From assembly GCF_009914755.1 (NCBI RefSeq), contig NC_060927.1: 64,000 nt of DNA; one strand, given 5' to 3'. Positions 11,641 through 28,786 of the stretch are shown here, piece by piece (position 1 is the stretch's first letter; each line of letters opens with the position of its first letter). Both the position numbers and the translations under genes were made by a program. The DNA comes from the human T2T-CHM13v2.0 reference genome, Homo sapiens. The notes below the pieces were generated by a model. The model was not told where the DNA came from and did not search any database. It saw nothing but the letters and a program-made list of their open reading frames with translations.

Positions 11641-13604
11641 AACAAAGGTTGGGACCACAGACACTAAACTGAGCGGGTAGATAGAAGGCAAAGAGAAAAT
11701 CAGAACCCTAGAGAAAAGAACCACTTGGGCAAAGTAAGGCAAGGAAGCAGACAGGAAATGCGTAGGCAGAGGGACACAGGAGATTAAAAAGGATGATGTC
11801 AGAGAAAGCAGATGCAGAAAGATGGACATGGAGGTGCAGATCAGCTGCTGTGCCAAATGTGGCAATATGGTCCGGTAGGTAAAGGACAGAAATGGGCACC
11901 ACAGAGCCACATCCAAACCCCCCAGGGCCCTGAGCATCCCCATGTGGAGGTGAACACTTCCCCTCTCCCTAACTTGATGAGATACCTCTCACGACATTTG
12001 ACACGTGCCTTGTACAAAGTATGGGTATATTTGCTACATGAAACCAAAGGGAATGGAAGCTTTCCCATATTCCCACAATGCCAGAAGGCAGAGCCTGGCT
12101 CTAGCCACCCCCACTCAACAACTTAAAACCAAATCAGTCCCCAAAGTATTGAAAAGGCAAGATAGGAAACAATGAGTAATGTGGGCCCAGGAATGAAACC
12201 AAAGCACGCAGCAATATGCACACATGCAGATGCAACGTTGGCCTCCCCCTCCGCGGCCCTTCCAAACTGTTTAGAAAGAATAGACGATTAGGCCTCAGTA
12301 TAATTCATTCTCTTTCACTGAAGTAGAAATTAATTGCCGCTTAAGTGACTAGAGAAAGCAAAAAAGTACATAAATGCTTATACACACAATAATCATTAAA
12401 TGTGCCCTTCAGAGCAGTCGTGGGAGAAAGTGGGGATTGGGAGAGAATTAAAAATGACACTTACGTACTGAGACCTCAGGGTGAGTCAGAAAACAATAAA
12501 ATTTCTGTTTAAGGAAAAAGAGAGGAAAGAAATAACACTGGTATAACAATGTATAGTATATATCTGGGGGCAAGTGCAGGAAGCTGTGCTTTTCTCATGG
12601 TAGGGAATACCTAAGGGAGATCCAAAGAGATACTGCCTTTCTAAGGAAAAGAAAAAAAAAAATAACAGAAGAAGGAATACTGGCAAGAGACTGAGTTACA
12701 GAGAGGAAAGCCCAGCACTGTAAGGGAACATAAGAACTACATACACCACTCCACATTCCTCATAGTCTCAGAAAAGGATGACCCAGTTTACAAACGCACA
12801 GCAGTAAACAAGACACGCCTCGATGCACGACTTGATCATGAAAGACGGAGTCAGAACTCAAAGTTCAGGTTTCTTAAAATATATAGATAGTATGCACACA
12901 CACACACACAAATGCACACACACTTCTCTTTCTCAAGTTCGAAAAAGTGTATCTGCTTGAGTAAATGGGAAGTTTAACAAGAGCAATGAGTGCTTTTTAG
13001 CTTTCCTCTGAGCCTGACCGTCGAAAATAATTCAAGTTACCAGAACACATTCTACATTTCACATTCTTGCACTGCCCTTGAACATAGATTCTGAGGAATG
13101 CATTTCTATGCATAGAGCACACGTTATTCCCCGGTGGGGTGGCCTGGAAGATCACGTACATCTAACCACCTGGGCCAAGCTTCTTCGAAATGCTCTGAGC
13201 ACTTCTCATTTACCAGGAAAGGTTCTCTTCTTCTGTGTGATATATAATAATGTGAATCTCTTCACATGATGATCAAAGAATCAGCTAATCAATGCTGATA
13301 GAATTAGGTGCAGATAGAAACATCCCAGTTCTCAGGTCTGGCCAATGTAGTAAAATCCACTTTAGGAAATGGAAACCCTTAAGTCTCATTGCAGAGGGTT
13401 GACGCAAAAGAGATCATCCAGTCCCTGCATCAATCAAATGTGCATGGACCTGGCACTTTTCTCCATTATCATAAAAATGTGTATATATATATCATATATA
13501 TATCATAAAAATGTGTGTGTGTATATATATATACATACATATAATGAAATATTATTATATTATATATAATGAAATGTATATATATAACGAAATGTATATA
13601 TATA

Positions 13605-14090
13605 TATAATGAAATATTATTCAGCCAAAAACATGAAATCCTCTCATTTGCAGCAATATGGAACAGAATTGGAGGTCATTGCGTTAAGTGAAATAACCCA
13701 CCCATAGAAAGACAAATATTGCATGTTCTCACTCATATGTGGGAGTTACAAAAGTGTATCTCATGGAGGAAGACAGCAGATTGGTGGTTCCCAGAGGCTG
13801 AGAAGGGTAGGGGGAAGATGAAGAGAAGTTGGTTAATGGGTACAAAAATACAGTTAGATGGAAGGAATAAAGTCTAGCACTCGAAAGTACAGTAAGGAGA
13901 CTATAGTTAACAATTGACTGTACATTTCAAAATAGCTAGAAGAGAACTGGAATGTTTCCAACCCAAAGAAAAAATGTCTGTAGCAATGGATATACTAATC
14001 ACCCTGATTTAATCATTACACACTGTACACACGTATCAAAAGACCACATGTACAAAAATATGCACAACTATTATATATTAACAAAAAAGT
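13605..14090 (+). mobile_element. L1MA-type 3' end
   Basis: aatgaaatattattcagcc..aaatcctctcatttgcagcaa..ttaagtgaaataa..gacaaatattgcatgttctcactcatatgtgggag..aatgggtacaaaaatacagttagat..ccctgatttaatcattacaca. Confidence 0.85.
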
Positions 14091-14924
14091 TTGCTGGAAA
14101 AAAAGGTGGGTAACAGATCTTTGTTACTTTTCTGGATTTATTCAAGGATCCTCCTGTCTATGTATGACAAGCCAGAAAGGAGATACAGGGAAGAAAATGA
14201 ACACACTTTTGGGCTCAAAAACTAAATTTACCCAGCAGGAAATGGGTTTTCCCTTCTCTGAACTCCTATACAACTCTATACCTCCCTGATGACACAGATC
14301 ATCCCCCACCTTAAATAATTTTTATTTGTGTTTATGTCTCAGCTCTCCTACTATTTTGCAAGCTCTTCACAAGCAGGACGGCATCTTAATATCTTAGCTG
14401 AGTAATCTCTCATGTTTTTCAAGGGCTTTATACTTTCCTAATATGCCTTCAGATGCACTATCTCATTTGGTCTTCATGAGACTGACAGTTAGGTGGGGCA
14501 GGCACAATTTTTTTTTTATTTTATTATTATTTCACTTTATACATACAATTGAGATTAAGAAAGGTGAAATGAATGGAAGGTTACATGGCTACCCGGCTTC
14601 ATTCCAGAGTCCAGAATGAAGCACATTGATCTAGGCTCCCAAACCAGGCCGTCATCCTCCACACCAAGCTTCTCCACCTGCATTCCCACATGCCACCTTA
14701 TATGGGTCAGCCAGGTGCCCATTACAAGAAAGACATCTAGAGAGAAGAATAAAGAAGCAGAAACATAGAGCGGTTAAAAAGAGAAAAAGAGATGGACACC
14801 AACTGATCTTCATGTTTTTCTAACCTGAAAAGCCCCTAGAACACTGTTGCTAGATATGAGATGACGCCTATCTTTTTATCTCCATAAGAGTCATGTAGTA
14901 ATGCCATTGTCAGAGAGAACAAAA

Positions 14925-14925
<1 letters not shown>

Positions 14926-14965
<40 letters not shown>
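14926..14965. repeat. (GT)n microsatellite
   Basis: Directly visible. Confidence 0.95.
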
Positions 14966-14966
<1 letters not shown>

Positions 14967-15304
14967 ACATGCATTCTTTCTTTAAAGAATAAAATGGCAT
15001 TATGAGATCCACGGGATCATTGATGTTGGAGTGGGGAGGGCCCTCAGGGGGCATCTGTTCCAGTGTTGCTGGAGACATCCTTAGACAGAACAGAAAACTG
15101 AAGCCTGCTGGGGGATGCTCCTGGCAAAATTACTTCTTTACTTAGTTATAAAGGAGTGGTATCTTGGCCCTCTACCCTCTTATCCAGTTACTGGCCCTCG
15201 GTAAGAGAGTAGATGAGAAGGTAGAAGCCCCTGTCAGGTAGAAGGACAGAAGTACAGCAGTAGAAGGACAGAGATCAGAAGTCCCCCTAAACAAGGAAAA
15301 GGCA

Positions 15305-15768
15305 GTGTCTTAGGTAAGGATCCCCACAAGCAAAGCCTGAGAGAACAATTCCTAGGCAAATCAGGCTCTTAATGGAAACACATGAGGGAGTAAGGGAAGC
15401 AAGGGAGGGCAGGGGAAAAGACAAAGATGTGGTTTTAGAAGTCTAGTCTGATCCCACAGGGAGCTCTGGGGTGTAAGTCACTCAGAGGTCATTCTGCACA
15501 GAGGCAAGGGGCCTGAGCTGTTGTACCTCAGCATCAGGTGGTAACTGGTCAAGGGCTGTCCTGTGGCATGGAGGCTGTAACCTCCCAGGCATGAGGTAGA
15601 TGAGGTAGATGTCATTGTCTGGATGAGGTAGATGTCATTGTCAAGGGCAATCCTCCAGAGGGTGGTGCAGATAAGAGGATATGACAGCCAACAACTGCAG
15701 CAGCTGGAGGGCAAGGGGACTAGCCCTGTTAAGGGGGCCTGGGTGGGGCACTAACAGCATCTACTATA
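15305..15768 (-). mobile_element. ERVL LTR16-family solo LTR
   Basis: The reverse complement begins tatagtagatgctgttagtgccccacccaggccc, typical of LTR16 5' ends, and is similar to the copy at 56180-56635. Confidence 0.6.
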
Positions 15769-16539
15769 GGCTTCTTCTCACACCTACAGGAGCTGAACTC
15801 CAGGTAGGTGGTCTAATTCAGAGCCGGACGCCCTCTCACGAGAACTATGGCATGGGATCCTCTGTCTGGGATCTGTTGTATTATCCCCTACTTTACAAAA
15901 CCATATCCATATGTTTCTATATTCTTTACACTTAATGAAACTTTAGAGTCTCTATATTTGTTGATGCCTTTCAGTCAATCACTACCTCCTTGTGACAACA
16001 CACGCAAAAGACTTCACAATTCTGTTTTCCTCCATCCAAATTTCTATTTGTACATCTCAAGGAGAATGGGGTCAATAACTCCCAAAGGCAACCCACTCTA
16101 TTTTGCTATTAACTACATGTTGGTAACTTTAATAAAGTAAAACTCTATTTCCTTATCATTTCCATTCACCAAAGTGATGAAAAATAGGTCTAATTTTTAG
16201 ATATTAAATACCTTCTCTTCTACAGGTGAAAGAGCCACAGTTCAGATTGTTCCACCATGTAGGACATGATTGCAAATCTGTTTGCCCATCTGGTCCCTAC
16301 CCAATGAAGAAATTCCAGTTTGTCCATGACCCCATTTAAGGAGGTGCCCAGAACTACCCAGGAGTCATGTGACCCACATAGATCAAAGGAGGATTATCCT
16401 TTTTGTTTGGGACACAGCAGTTCAATTAATGCAGTCTAAAATTAACTTCATGATTTAAATAAACTCTACTATATGATCCATTATGCCACTGATTTAAACT
16501 AAGTCGTAAATAACAAATCTATATATATTCGCATGTGCT

Positions 16540-16830
16540 GTCTGTCTCACCCCAACTTTAGTTTCTAGATTGATTTTTTTAAACTTAAGTATAGGCTTTC
16601 ATACTTGTTCAATTAAAACTTAACCTTGTTCCATCATTCCAATTTGAAATGGTCTCTCCAGGTAGTAATTCTGTTACTCAAAGTATGTGCCATGCTTCCA
16701 GGTTTCATGTCAATCATAATGTTGACACATATACTATCTATACCCTCATCAAAATCATTGATAGAAAACAGTACCTTGATGGGGCTAAGAGTGGATCCTC
16801 ATAGCCCACCATTAGAGACCAGCCCCACAC
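16540..16830 (-). mobile_element. CR1/L3 RT fragment
   Basis: Antisense CR1 motifs: ataccctcatcaaaatcattgata (INDFDEG on the minus strand) and ggggctaagagtggatcctcatagcccaccattagagacc (GS.LSP region). Confidence 0.65.
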
Positions 16831-17274
16831 AGGAGCCATTCTAGCATGCACACAGTTTGATTCATGCCTTTTTCAAGACGCAGCCTCAATGTTATGATCA
16901 ATACATTTCTTCAGATATGTATTTTGATATACTAAGTTGTGAAGAATACAAAATAAATTATAAAATATTTGTAGTCACATGCATTTATTAGAATATAAAA
17001 ACAGAATATAAAACCAGGAGCAGTTTTACAAATAAAAATAATCCAAGGAGACAAAGGTCAGAATGACTCAGAGGTCATTCTAGGTATATTCTAGGTATAT
17101 AGAATATAATTTCAGAATAAAAAGATGATTTTTTTCCCATGTAGAGTAAGTTGACAAGTCTGAGGGGGTGAAAGGGATGATGACTGAGCTCTGGATAGGG
17201 ACACATGGAATACAAATTGTACTGAGGGAAACAGGTGATCTGAGATAAGAGAATGCAAGAGACTAAATGACTAA

Positions 17275-17805
17275 ATTAGTTATCTATTGCTGCATGACAA
17301 ATTCCTACCAAATTAACAGCTTAAAAGACCAAAAGTTATTTCACAGTTTCCATGGGTCAGGAGTCCAGGCTCAAGTTAGTTCAGCCCTTTGTTCAGGATC
17401 TCACCAGGCTGAAATCAAGGTGTTAGCTGAAGCTGCAAACTCAGCTATGGCTTGGGGTCTCCTAACCTCACTGGTTGTTGGTGGAGTTCAGTTCTTTGCA
17501 ATTGCAGGAAAAAGATCCCTACTTTTGCTGGCTGGCTGCAAGCTGAGGGCTGTTCTCAGTTCCTAAAGGCCACCTACCATTCTATGCCATGTGGCTTTTT
17601 CCACTGTATGGCAATTTGCTCCTCAAGGCCAGTAGGGGAAACACTCTTCATTCTGCTAAAATGGAGTCCTATACTAAGTAAAGCAGTCAAGGGCGTGATT
17701 ATCATATTCACAGGTCCAGGCCAAGCAAAGAGAGGAGATTAGAGACAGTGTGTACACGATTGGGTAGGAATCTTTGGAGCCATCCCAGAATTCCACCTGT
17801 CACAA
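17275..17805 (-). mobile_element. MaLR solo LTR (MLT1 family)
   Basis: ttagttatctattgctgcatgacaaa..aacagcttaaaa..tcacagtttccatgggtcaggagtccagg..gaaatcaaggtgttagc..ggagccatcccagaattccacctgtcaca. Confidence 0.85.
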
Positions 17806-18654
17806 GGACTTAACGTGGCTGAGGCATAGTGAGGAACTGTGGTAGAGGAGGGACCTGGAGAGGTCTTTTGTGCCCTGCTATGTAGTTTGAATATTATTCT
17901 GAAAGCAATGGAGGCACATTAACAGATGCTTCTCCCTTTGGGGAGGTACAAGAAAATGTTATAAGTAATAGTGGTTAAGAAAGTATTCTAGGAAGCATGG
18001 CACTTGGAGAGAGTATTATTGAATGAACCGAGGCAATAAATGTAAAACATAGCATAATCCATATATACAGTTGATTCTGTTTATAGTTTACCCATCCCGC
18101 TTGCCTACACGACCACTGTGAGAAAGCAAGACTACACCTTGCCCTGTTGCCCTTGTGATTAAGTGTGCCCTTCACATACCAATGACAGATGAAACAAAAA
18201 TATTTTTGCATCATTAGAGACTCCTTCCAAAACAGAAAACCCTATCTCACTCTAGTCTCCCCATCCAAAAACATTTTTAAAAGACTTGAGCCCCTTCCCT
18301 GTAAGTTGCTGGCTCCCCCAAGAAAAAAATCTTTATCTCTGACTTTGGAATACAGATATCTGCAGATATGTGAGGATCCACCCAGGTAGGATAAGCATGT
18401 GAGAACTGCCACTTTTTCACCAATGAGGATTCTGAACAGATTAACTGTAACTTTGTGGGCTAAATTTTTTTTTTCTTTAAATACCTGTAGTATCCTTTTT
18501 TCAGGGACTCCTGTGCTTCTAAAGGCTGGAAAGCCCTCCAAACATTACAAGTAAAAAGTGCTTCAGTGTTCAATTTGTCTTTGAGTTTTCCATTCACAAC
18601 TGTGTCTATACCTTGTATCCTCAAGAGCAACCACAGTGTTTATTTTTAAATGTA

Positions 18655-18835
18655 ATAATAATACTATCTATAAGCTACTTATTATATGCCAGGCAAGGCA
18701 CTGATCTCAGAGCTTCATATCCTCACAATCAGATGAGGAAACCACGGCACAGAAAATTCAAGTAACTTGTTGGAGTTTACACAGGTTGTTAGTGGTGGAG
18801 CTGGGATATGAATCCAGGTAGAATATTCTGCAACA
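18655..18835 (-). mobile_element. MIR
   Basis: cagatgaggaaaccacggcacagaaaattcaagtaacttg..ggagctgggatatgaatccagg. Confidence 0.75.
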
Positions 18836-18927
18836 GTTCGCAGTCTTGGAAAAAAATAGGCACTTACTACTCTTGTAAGGGTGACCCTTGAGGCACTCAA
18901 TATGTGATTGCTGATTAACAATTACTA

Positions 18928-19299
<372 letters not shown>

Positions 19300-19327
19300 C
19301 TACAAGATCATGTCACAGAAGTAAGGT

Positions 19328-22550
<3,223 letters not shown>

Positions 22551-23177
22551 GAATAAAAACAATATTGTCATGAGAAATCAGAAGCTGGACACACTGGTCA
22601 TGACCTTCTAAGGATGTAAGGAAGCCTTCGCCTTTTATGTTCCTCTAATTTTACTGCATGATCTCACAGGGAAATGAGTGGAGCAAGTGGCTCATCAGCC
22701 ACCTTGGCCTCTGAAAAGAATTGTCCCAGAAGCCATCTCTCTATCAAACCTGGCTAATTTCTTCTCTCCTCCTTCAGCTCTGGCCTCTTCCTGCTCACCT
22801 CTGCCAATCTCCTTTCCTTCCACTCAAAGTCTGGCCACAACAAAAAAGAAAGCAGGTTTGGAGAGAGGTCAGTATGCTGGGTTATTGTCAAAGGAGTTAT
22901 GTGTGTTTGTGTGTTTCTGCAAAAGTGCATTCTGCTGCTGCTAAATTGTCATTCCATACACTATCTACATTGGAAAGATCTTTCTCAAAAAAAAAAAAAA
23001 AGAAAGAAATATACTTTTGAAAATTCCTGCAATGCCTACTGTGACAGTGACATCAGAAGTCTATTTGTTCTTCACAAGTATAATTCATGGAGCTTTATTG
23101 AAACCATATCATTTGATCACTCAACAATATTCAGCAAATCTTTGTGGGGTGCTCTCTATGGTTCTGGGAAATATAAT

Positions 23178-23375
23178 GTGAGAGTGGGCGGCTGAATCAT
23201 GGTCCTCAGAGATGTCCATAGCTTTATCCTGAAACTTGTGAATAAGTTACTTCCTATAGCAATACTTACACATGTGATTGAGGTAAGGATCTTGAGACAG
23301 GGAGCTTATCCTGCAATATTTGGGTGGGCCCAAATAATCACAGAGATCTTTACAAGGAAATAGGCAGAAGAGTCA
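23178..23375 (+). mobile_element. MLT1 LTR 5' fragment
   Basis: ggctgaatcatggtcctcagagatgtcca..catgtgattgaggtaaggatcttgaga..gggtgggcccaaataatcaca. Confidence 0.75.
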
Positions 23376-24126
23376 AGATAGTTGTTGTCCTTGCAAAGTA
23401 TTTTTTGCAACTTCCCAGTCTCCCATCATTACCGGGGACACAGTTATGCAAATATAGCCTCCATTTTTATAAGAAATGAAGGAATTAAAAAATAGAAGTA
23501 GATGAAAACTATTTAGCAACATATATTTTAATTATAAAATTAGGAGGCACAGATTCCCCTTTCCAATTAGTTTTTAAGTCAAATCAATCAAATTTCAAAG
23601 AGCAGTTATGCATTTATTTTTAAAATTTAATTAGGAAGAAATTCGAAGCAATTAATGAATGTTATCAATTATAATGCATTACCATGAGAAAACCCCAACA
23701 ACCCTTAAGTATGATTGAATATTTTGTACTCTGTAATGATGAACTAGGCTTAGCCATTTAAAAAAATTAACTCCTGAGCTTAAAATAATCTCAACAAGTC
23801 AAACAGGTCTAAGTGAACCTGCAGTGAACCTAGGAGAGAACTTTCTCATGCTACACCCTTCTTTGCAGTAATGGGAGGGTTTGATCTCAGAGGGAATACC
23901 TTTGTTTCATCGTGTCCTGTTAATATATTAATAAGTTCAATTGCCAGCTGTTCATTTTCATGATGACACAGGGATATCTTTATTTCTATTTATCCTGTAT
24001 ATAATCAGGGGCACCATGACCCTCTTCTTTGAAATGAATGATTTCAAGCTTAATGGAAATTTAAAGTACTATATAGCAAAACTCTATGATCTGAGTCCTG
24101 GAGGGGAAGGGGTGAGTAGACATTAG

Positions 24127-24639
24127 ATAATAAATCCCCAATGAAAGCCAAGAGAACTCGAGAAAGCCTGACCATTTTGGTCCATAAAATGTGTCAGGGG
24201 TCAGTGCTCTGCAAATGGGAGGAGATGGGGAATGAAGGTTTCATAATTTAGTGATCACCCAAATGGTATCGGAGGAGTTTGAACTATAAAGAGAAAAGTA
24301 GTTGCCTCTTGCTGACCACCAAGATTGCTACAGGTTTCAAGGAAAGAGAGCGCTAGTCATCACGACCACTTCATTTGGTAATTATTTATGAAGTACCTTC
24401 CTGCCCTTGATGACGAATTCTTTCTTTCTTTGAAACCTGTAGCGATCTTGTTGGTCAGCAAGAAGCAACTACTTATTTCTTTATAGTTCAAACTCTTATG
24501 ATACAGTTGGGTGACCACTGAATTATGAATCCTTCTTTCCACATGTGCCATTTGCAGAGCACTGACCCCTGACACATTCCAAGTACAGAAATGGTCAGAC
24601 TCTCTTGAGTTCTCTTGGTTTTCACTGGCGATTTATCAT
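24127..24639. repeat. Long imperfect inverted repeat (fold-back palindrome, ~235-bp arms)
   Basis: Left arm 24127-24362 aligns to the reverse complement of 24408-24639 at about 197/236 positions by hand. There is a perfect 31-bp stem (24188-24218 with 24548-24578) and an inner ACTTCAT...ATGAAGT stem around TAATTA at 24379-24384. Confidence 0.97.
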
Positions 24640-26394
24640 TAAGGATGTAAGTATAACTTAACTTTAAAAAAGACTCGCATATATGAAAAAATCAGCATAA
24701 TCACATAGAAACGCAATTCAGGGATCAAAATGCTATTTTTAAAAAATCTTTTAAAAGTCTCCATTGTAAAAATGATTACTGCTCAACTCTGAGAAAAGTA
24801 ATGATACCAAAAGAGGTTAACCAGAATGAAATGTACAATGTTGGTAATTAATGATTACTTTAGATAACTATGTAAACATTTTTTCAGAGGCACTTGCTAT
24901 CAATTAGGAAAGCTACAATACACAGATAAGCAGGCCTTGTCCTGGTTTGTTCCATCGGCTAGAGAAGCAGCCTTTAGCTAGGGGTCTTTATTAAAAAGAC
25001 TTGTATACCTCCCATCTTGACAACCTAAAAGTTCATTCTCTGAACATAAACACAACCCGTTAAGTACCTGTCATGAGGTTATTACAAAACATATAAAAAT
25101 ATAAAACTTGGTCTTTGCACATTTATAACAGATTCAGGTTGTTTGGCTAAATGTACATTAAATGTTCAAGAGTCAGCAAGTTCTGGGTATGAAAACTAAT
25201 ATTTAAACAGAGAAATGCCTTTTCTGAGAAAGAAAACCCCTGCCACTGGCTTTGGAGAGTAAGAACACAAGCCAGCAGATGACAGGGAAGGACTCTATGC
25301 CACTAGTTAAAAATAAATGACAGAGAAGCCCATGCAAAAGCAGGCCAGAAAGATGTGAATTTAGAGAATGGCAAACAAAACAGCCAAAATAAGGTCAAGG
25401 ACAGATGTAAGACAGAAGGAAGTCAAAGCAGGAATGGCTTGAGTTTGAAGGCAAAGGCAGAATTCTGAATTTGACAGAGGGAGTGATGGGCAGCCATGTG
25501 GCTAGTTAGAGGGTGATTTAAAGTTGGCCAATGAAAGACAAAGTATGAAAGGGAAAATCAGTTCTTCAGAAATGATTATTAAAAATTCTTGAAGGCAAGC
25601 TACTTACAGCCATATTTCAGTACAAGCATGGTGAACACTGTATACCAATATAAGGAGTGTTCCTTATTTTAAATCTGTTCTCATCTATTTTCATGGATTT
25701 CACATATATATGACCCATTTCTGACAGCAGGGAAGGTCACTTTCATATTAATATTCAATATGTCACACCACTGTCATATCAACTATCCTCAGGCAGGTCT
25801 GATGGCTGGTTGACAGAAATGGGCATTTTGAGAGGAAATTCCCAGAACCAAGTAACCCAGCTGGAGAATACCGCTGCAGGAAAGACAGCAGTACTATATA
25901 TTAACTCAGCAGGGAAAACAGCTAAATTGTTCTTCCTGCTTATTAATAGACCAACATTTAGTCCAACAGCTCTAATTTTCTGTGGAATTTTTGACTTTCT
26001 CTCTTGAAAACTGAAAGTCATGTTAATGGTTTTCTGCATAATGCTTGTCTGTATGGTTTAGGGATGTGAGGGAAGATTTTTTCAAAATAGGGAAGCCGGT
26101 CCAAAGAATATTAGCCTTATCTTTTCCCTAAATACTATATATGTGAGACTATCTTAATTCAAAGGAGGCGATATAGTGAAAAGCTTTTCTGTGCTAGTTT
26201 TAGTAATAACTTGTAATAATGGGAAAAAAAGAAGATTAAGTTTGAGTGAATAATAGGACGCTAAAAAAGAAGATACTAACTTGGCTCTTAAGTTTTTAGT
26301 GGGACTTACTGCTTTGATTTATAAGCAATAATCATAGAGGCAGAAATGAGACAATCTAGCATCTAAGCATTCAAATGAACATTTTAAGAATTAA

Positions 26395-26500
26395 TGAGGA
26401 AGGAAGGAAAGGAGGGAAGAAGGAGGAAGGGGAGAAGGAAGAAAGGAGGGGAGTTAGCCGGGAAGTAAACAGAGGGAAGAAGGGAGAGAGAAGGAAGGAA
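26395..26500. repeat. GA-rich low-complexity purine tract
   Basis: ggaaggaaggaaaggagggaagaaggaggaagggg... Confidence 0.8.
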
Positions 26501-27607
26501 ACTAGACACTCTTAAAGAAAGCATCATAACTTAATATTTAAGATTCTTATTTTATACAATTGAAAATCTCGTTTAATTATTTAAGAAAGAAAACTTCCAC
26601 GGGTATAATGTACAACTGTACCTTAGAGACCATGTGATATGTATTCATAGTCTGAAAAGTCTTTGTATTTATTATTGGGAAATAAGGACTACACACTCAA
26701 AAAGAAATTCCTGCAGAGAGGCAGGTAAATGGACAGCACGATTTACAGTAGACCTCACATTTACACATTGGCAACCCTCACAAAAGCTGATATGCCCTGA
26801 CGTTTATTTCCTCTGAACATTTACTTACGAGTGTCAAAGTCTGAAAGAAACCTCATTACAAAAAGTGACATTTTATCTCCATTTGTGCATTTATGAACGT
26901 ATTCTACATTTTTCTGAAGTGTTATTTATTCTTTACTTTAAAAATGTACTACCCAATTTATCTATGAGGTCTTTCAGTCTCAATTCATGACAACCTTTGT
27001 ACTTACTGTTCCTAAAAACTCAAAGACGAGTTTCTGAGCTTTGTAATAAAGAACTTCATTCTGCTGTACAAATTAAACCAGGTGTAGGTAAACCAGTGTA
27101 GGTAAATGAAAAACTGGGGTTAAAAAGAAAAAGATGCCAATCTATAGTAGGCTCAGCTTTTTTTTGAGAGAGAGATTAAGGTGCATACAGTCAACTGGTG
27201 TGAAGGTCACCAAACAAAATGTTGCAATCTTAAAGTGCCACTGACATGCAGTCAGTGTGCTGCAGCAGCTCAGGATTAATCCATGCAGCTCTTTCTCCTT
27301 CCTTGCTATTGTTTCAGAATCCTTCATAAATGTGCATTATGAAGTCTGTTATATTTGCAGGAAAACATTCTAAAAATTAGACAAATTTTTCTTCAAATTG
27401 AAATAAAAATATGTAAATAATATAACTTTTAAAAATTTGGTTTCCCACACCCAGGTTTTGTTATAGGAAAAGTGACCCACAGGCTCAAAACTCCATAAAT
27501 ATTTCCTTGTGATACATATGAGCTATGACAAGTCTAACCTTAATTATTTATTATCCACTTACTAATGACGTCTAAATTACCAAATATTTCAGTTGAAGAT
27601 TTTCTGA

Positions 27608-27955
<348 letters not shown>

Positions 27956-28549
27956 TACATGTACCTTTAGCTTTCAAAAGTCAGAGTCAAAATCAGAAGG
28001 AAGCATTCCTGGTTCAGGGACCTCTATTCTCTTTCACCTGCTCCTGACCTGCTGCTTTCCTTTTGGTGAGGACAGCTCCTTATAAAGCAAATAGCTCCCC
28101 ACTCTGAATGGAAAGGCTCATCTCCTCAGTCCATGTTGCAAGCACAAATCTCCCTGATAGTCATTTAGGGAGTGAATCAGACTTGCAGCCAATAAGCACA
28201 AAGCTGACCTTTAAACCTCAGCCTTTAATAGAGCATTGGGTTATTTTACTTTGTGTTTGCTCAACATTTCCAGGGGTCAAAGGGCCTGGTTTACTGACGT
28301 GGGGTGAACTAGGGAACCTTGCTTCAACTTCTATGTTGCAACAGATAAAAAAGCACTGGGGGCTGGGCTGGTAGGGGCCTAAGCCCCAACCTCAAGTATG
28401 CCCAGTATCACAGGTGTTAGAATACATTCTGAAGTCTTTAGCATTTAGAGATGACTAGATTGCCCGAGGCTGAGGACTAGCCCTTAGCTAACAACTATGG
28501 GAGAAATGAGAAAGAGTCTTGGGGGCTGGGGAGTAAGCTTTCACATTTT

Positions 28550-28786
28550 CCCAGTACTGCACCAAATGACAGATCTTGAGGTGAAAGGAGAAATCAGTTA
28601 ATACTGATTCTGTCTTTATTTAAACATTAATATTTATTTTACCATGGGTATTTGTGCATTACTTTTGATTTTTAAAAGTAGTGCATTAAAATAATATTTG
28701 TTGTGATTGCCTGGATTTTTGGCACCCCCTTCCGTTTGGTGCCCAAGGTGCGTGCCTAACTTCCCTCACCCTAGTCCTAGCCCTGG
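28550..28786. mobile_element. MER96/MER96B-like hAT MITE
   Basis: Ends tttggcaccccct..gcccaaggtgcgtgcctaacttccctcaccctagtcctagccctg, resembling the MER96 terminus. Confidence 0.6.

Noticed and set aside
11404-11943. Longest ORF in the track (179 aa, minus strand)
   Set aside because: It is the antisense of a purine-rich stretch partly overlapping an L2 fragment. The L/S/F-rich composition is typical of stop-poor pyrimidine sequence, and I see no recognisable domain.
16211-16226. Isolated strong-looking plus-strand splice signals (acceptors at 16225, ~48453, ~49378 and ~52719; donor at ~49106)
   Set aside because: No matched acceptor/donor pair enclosing a credible exon; such motifs are frequent by chance.
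24127-24639. G-U wobble strand bias as evidence for which strand forms the hairpin RNA
   Set aside because: Transition mismatches between the arms split roughly evenly between plus-strand and minus-strand G-U compatibility, so the sequence alone does not indicate a functional strand.
25779-26039. Overlapping ORFs with a repeated AVFPA / AGKTA peptide
   Set aside because: Explained by a short imperfect DNA repeat (gcaggaaagacagc / gcagggaaaacagc). No convincing splice sites or homology.
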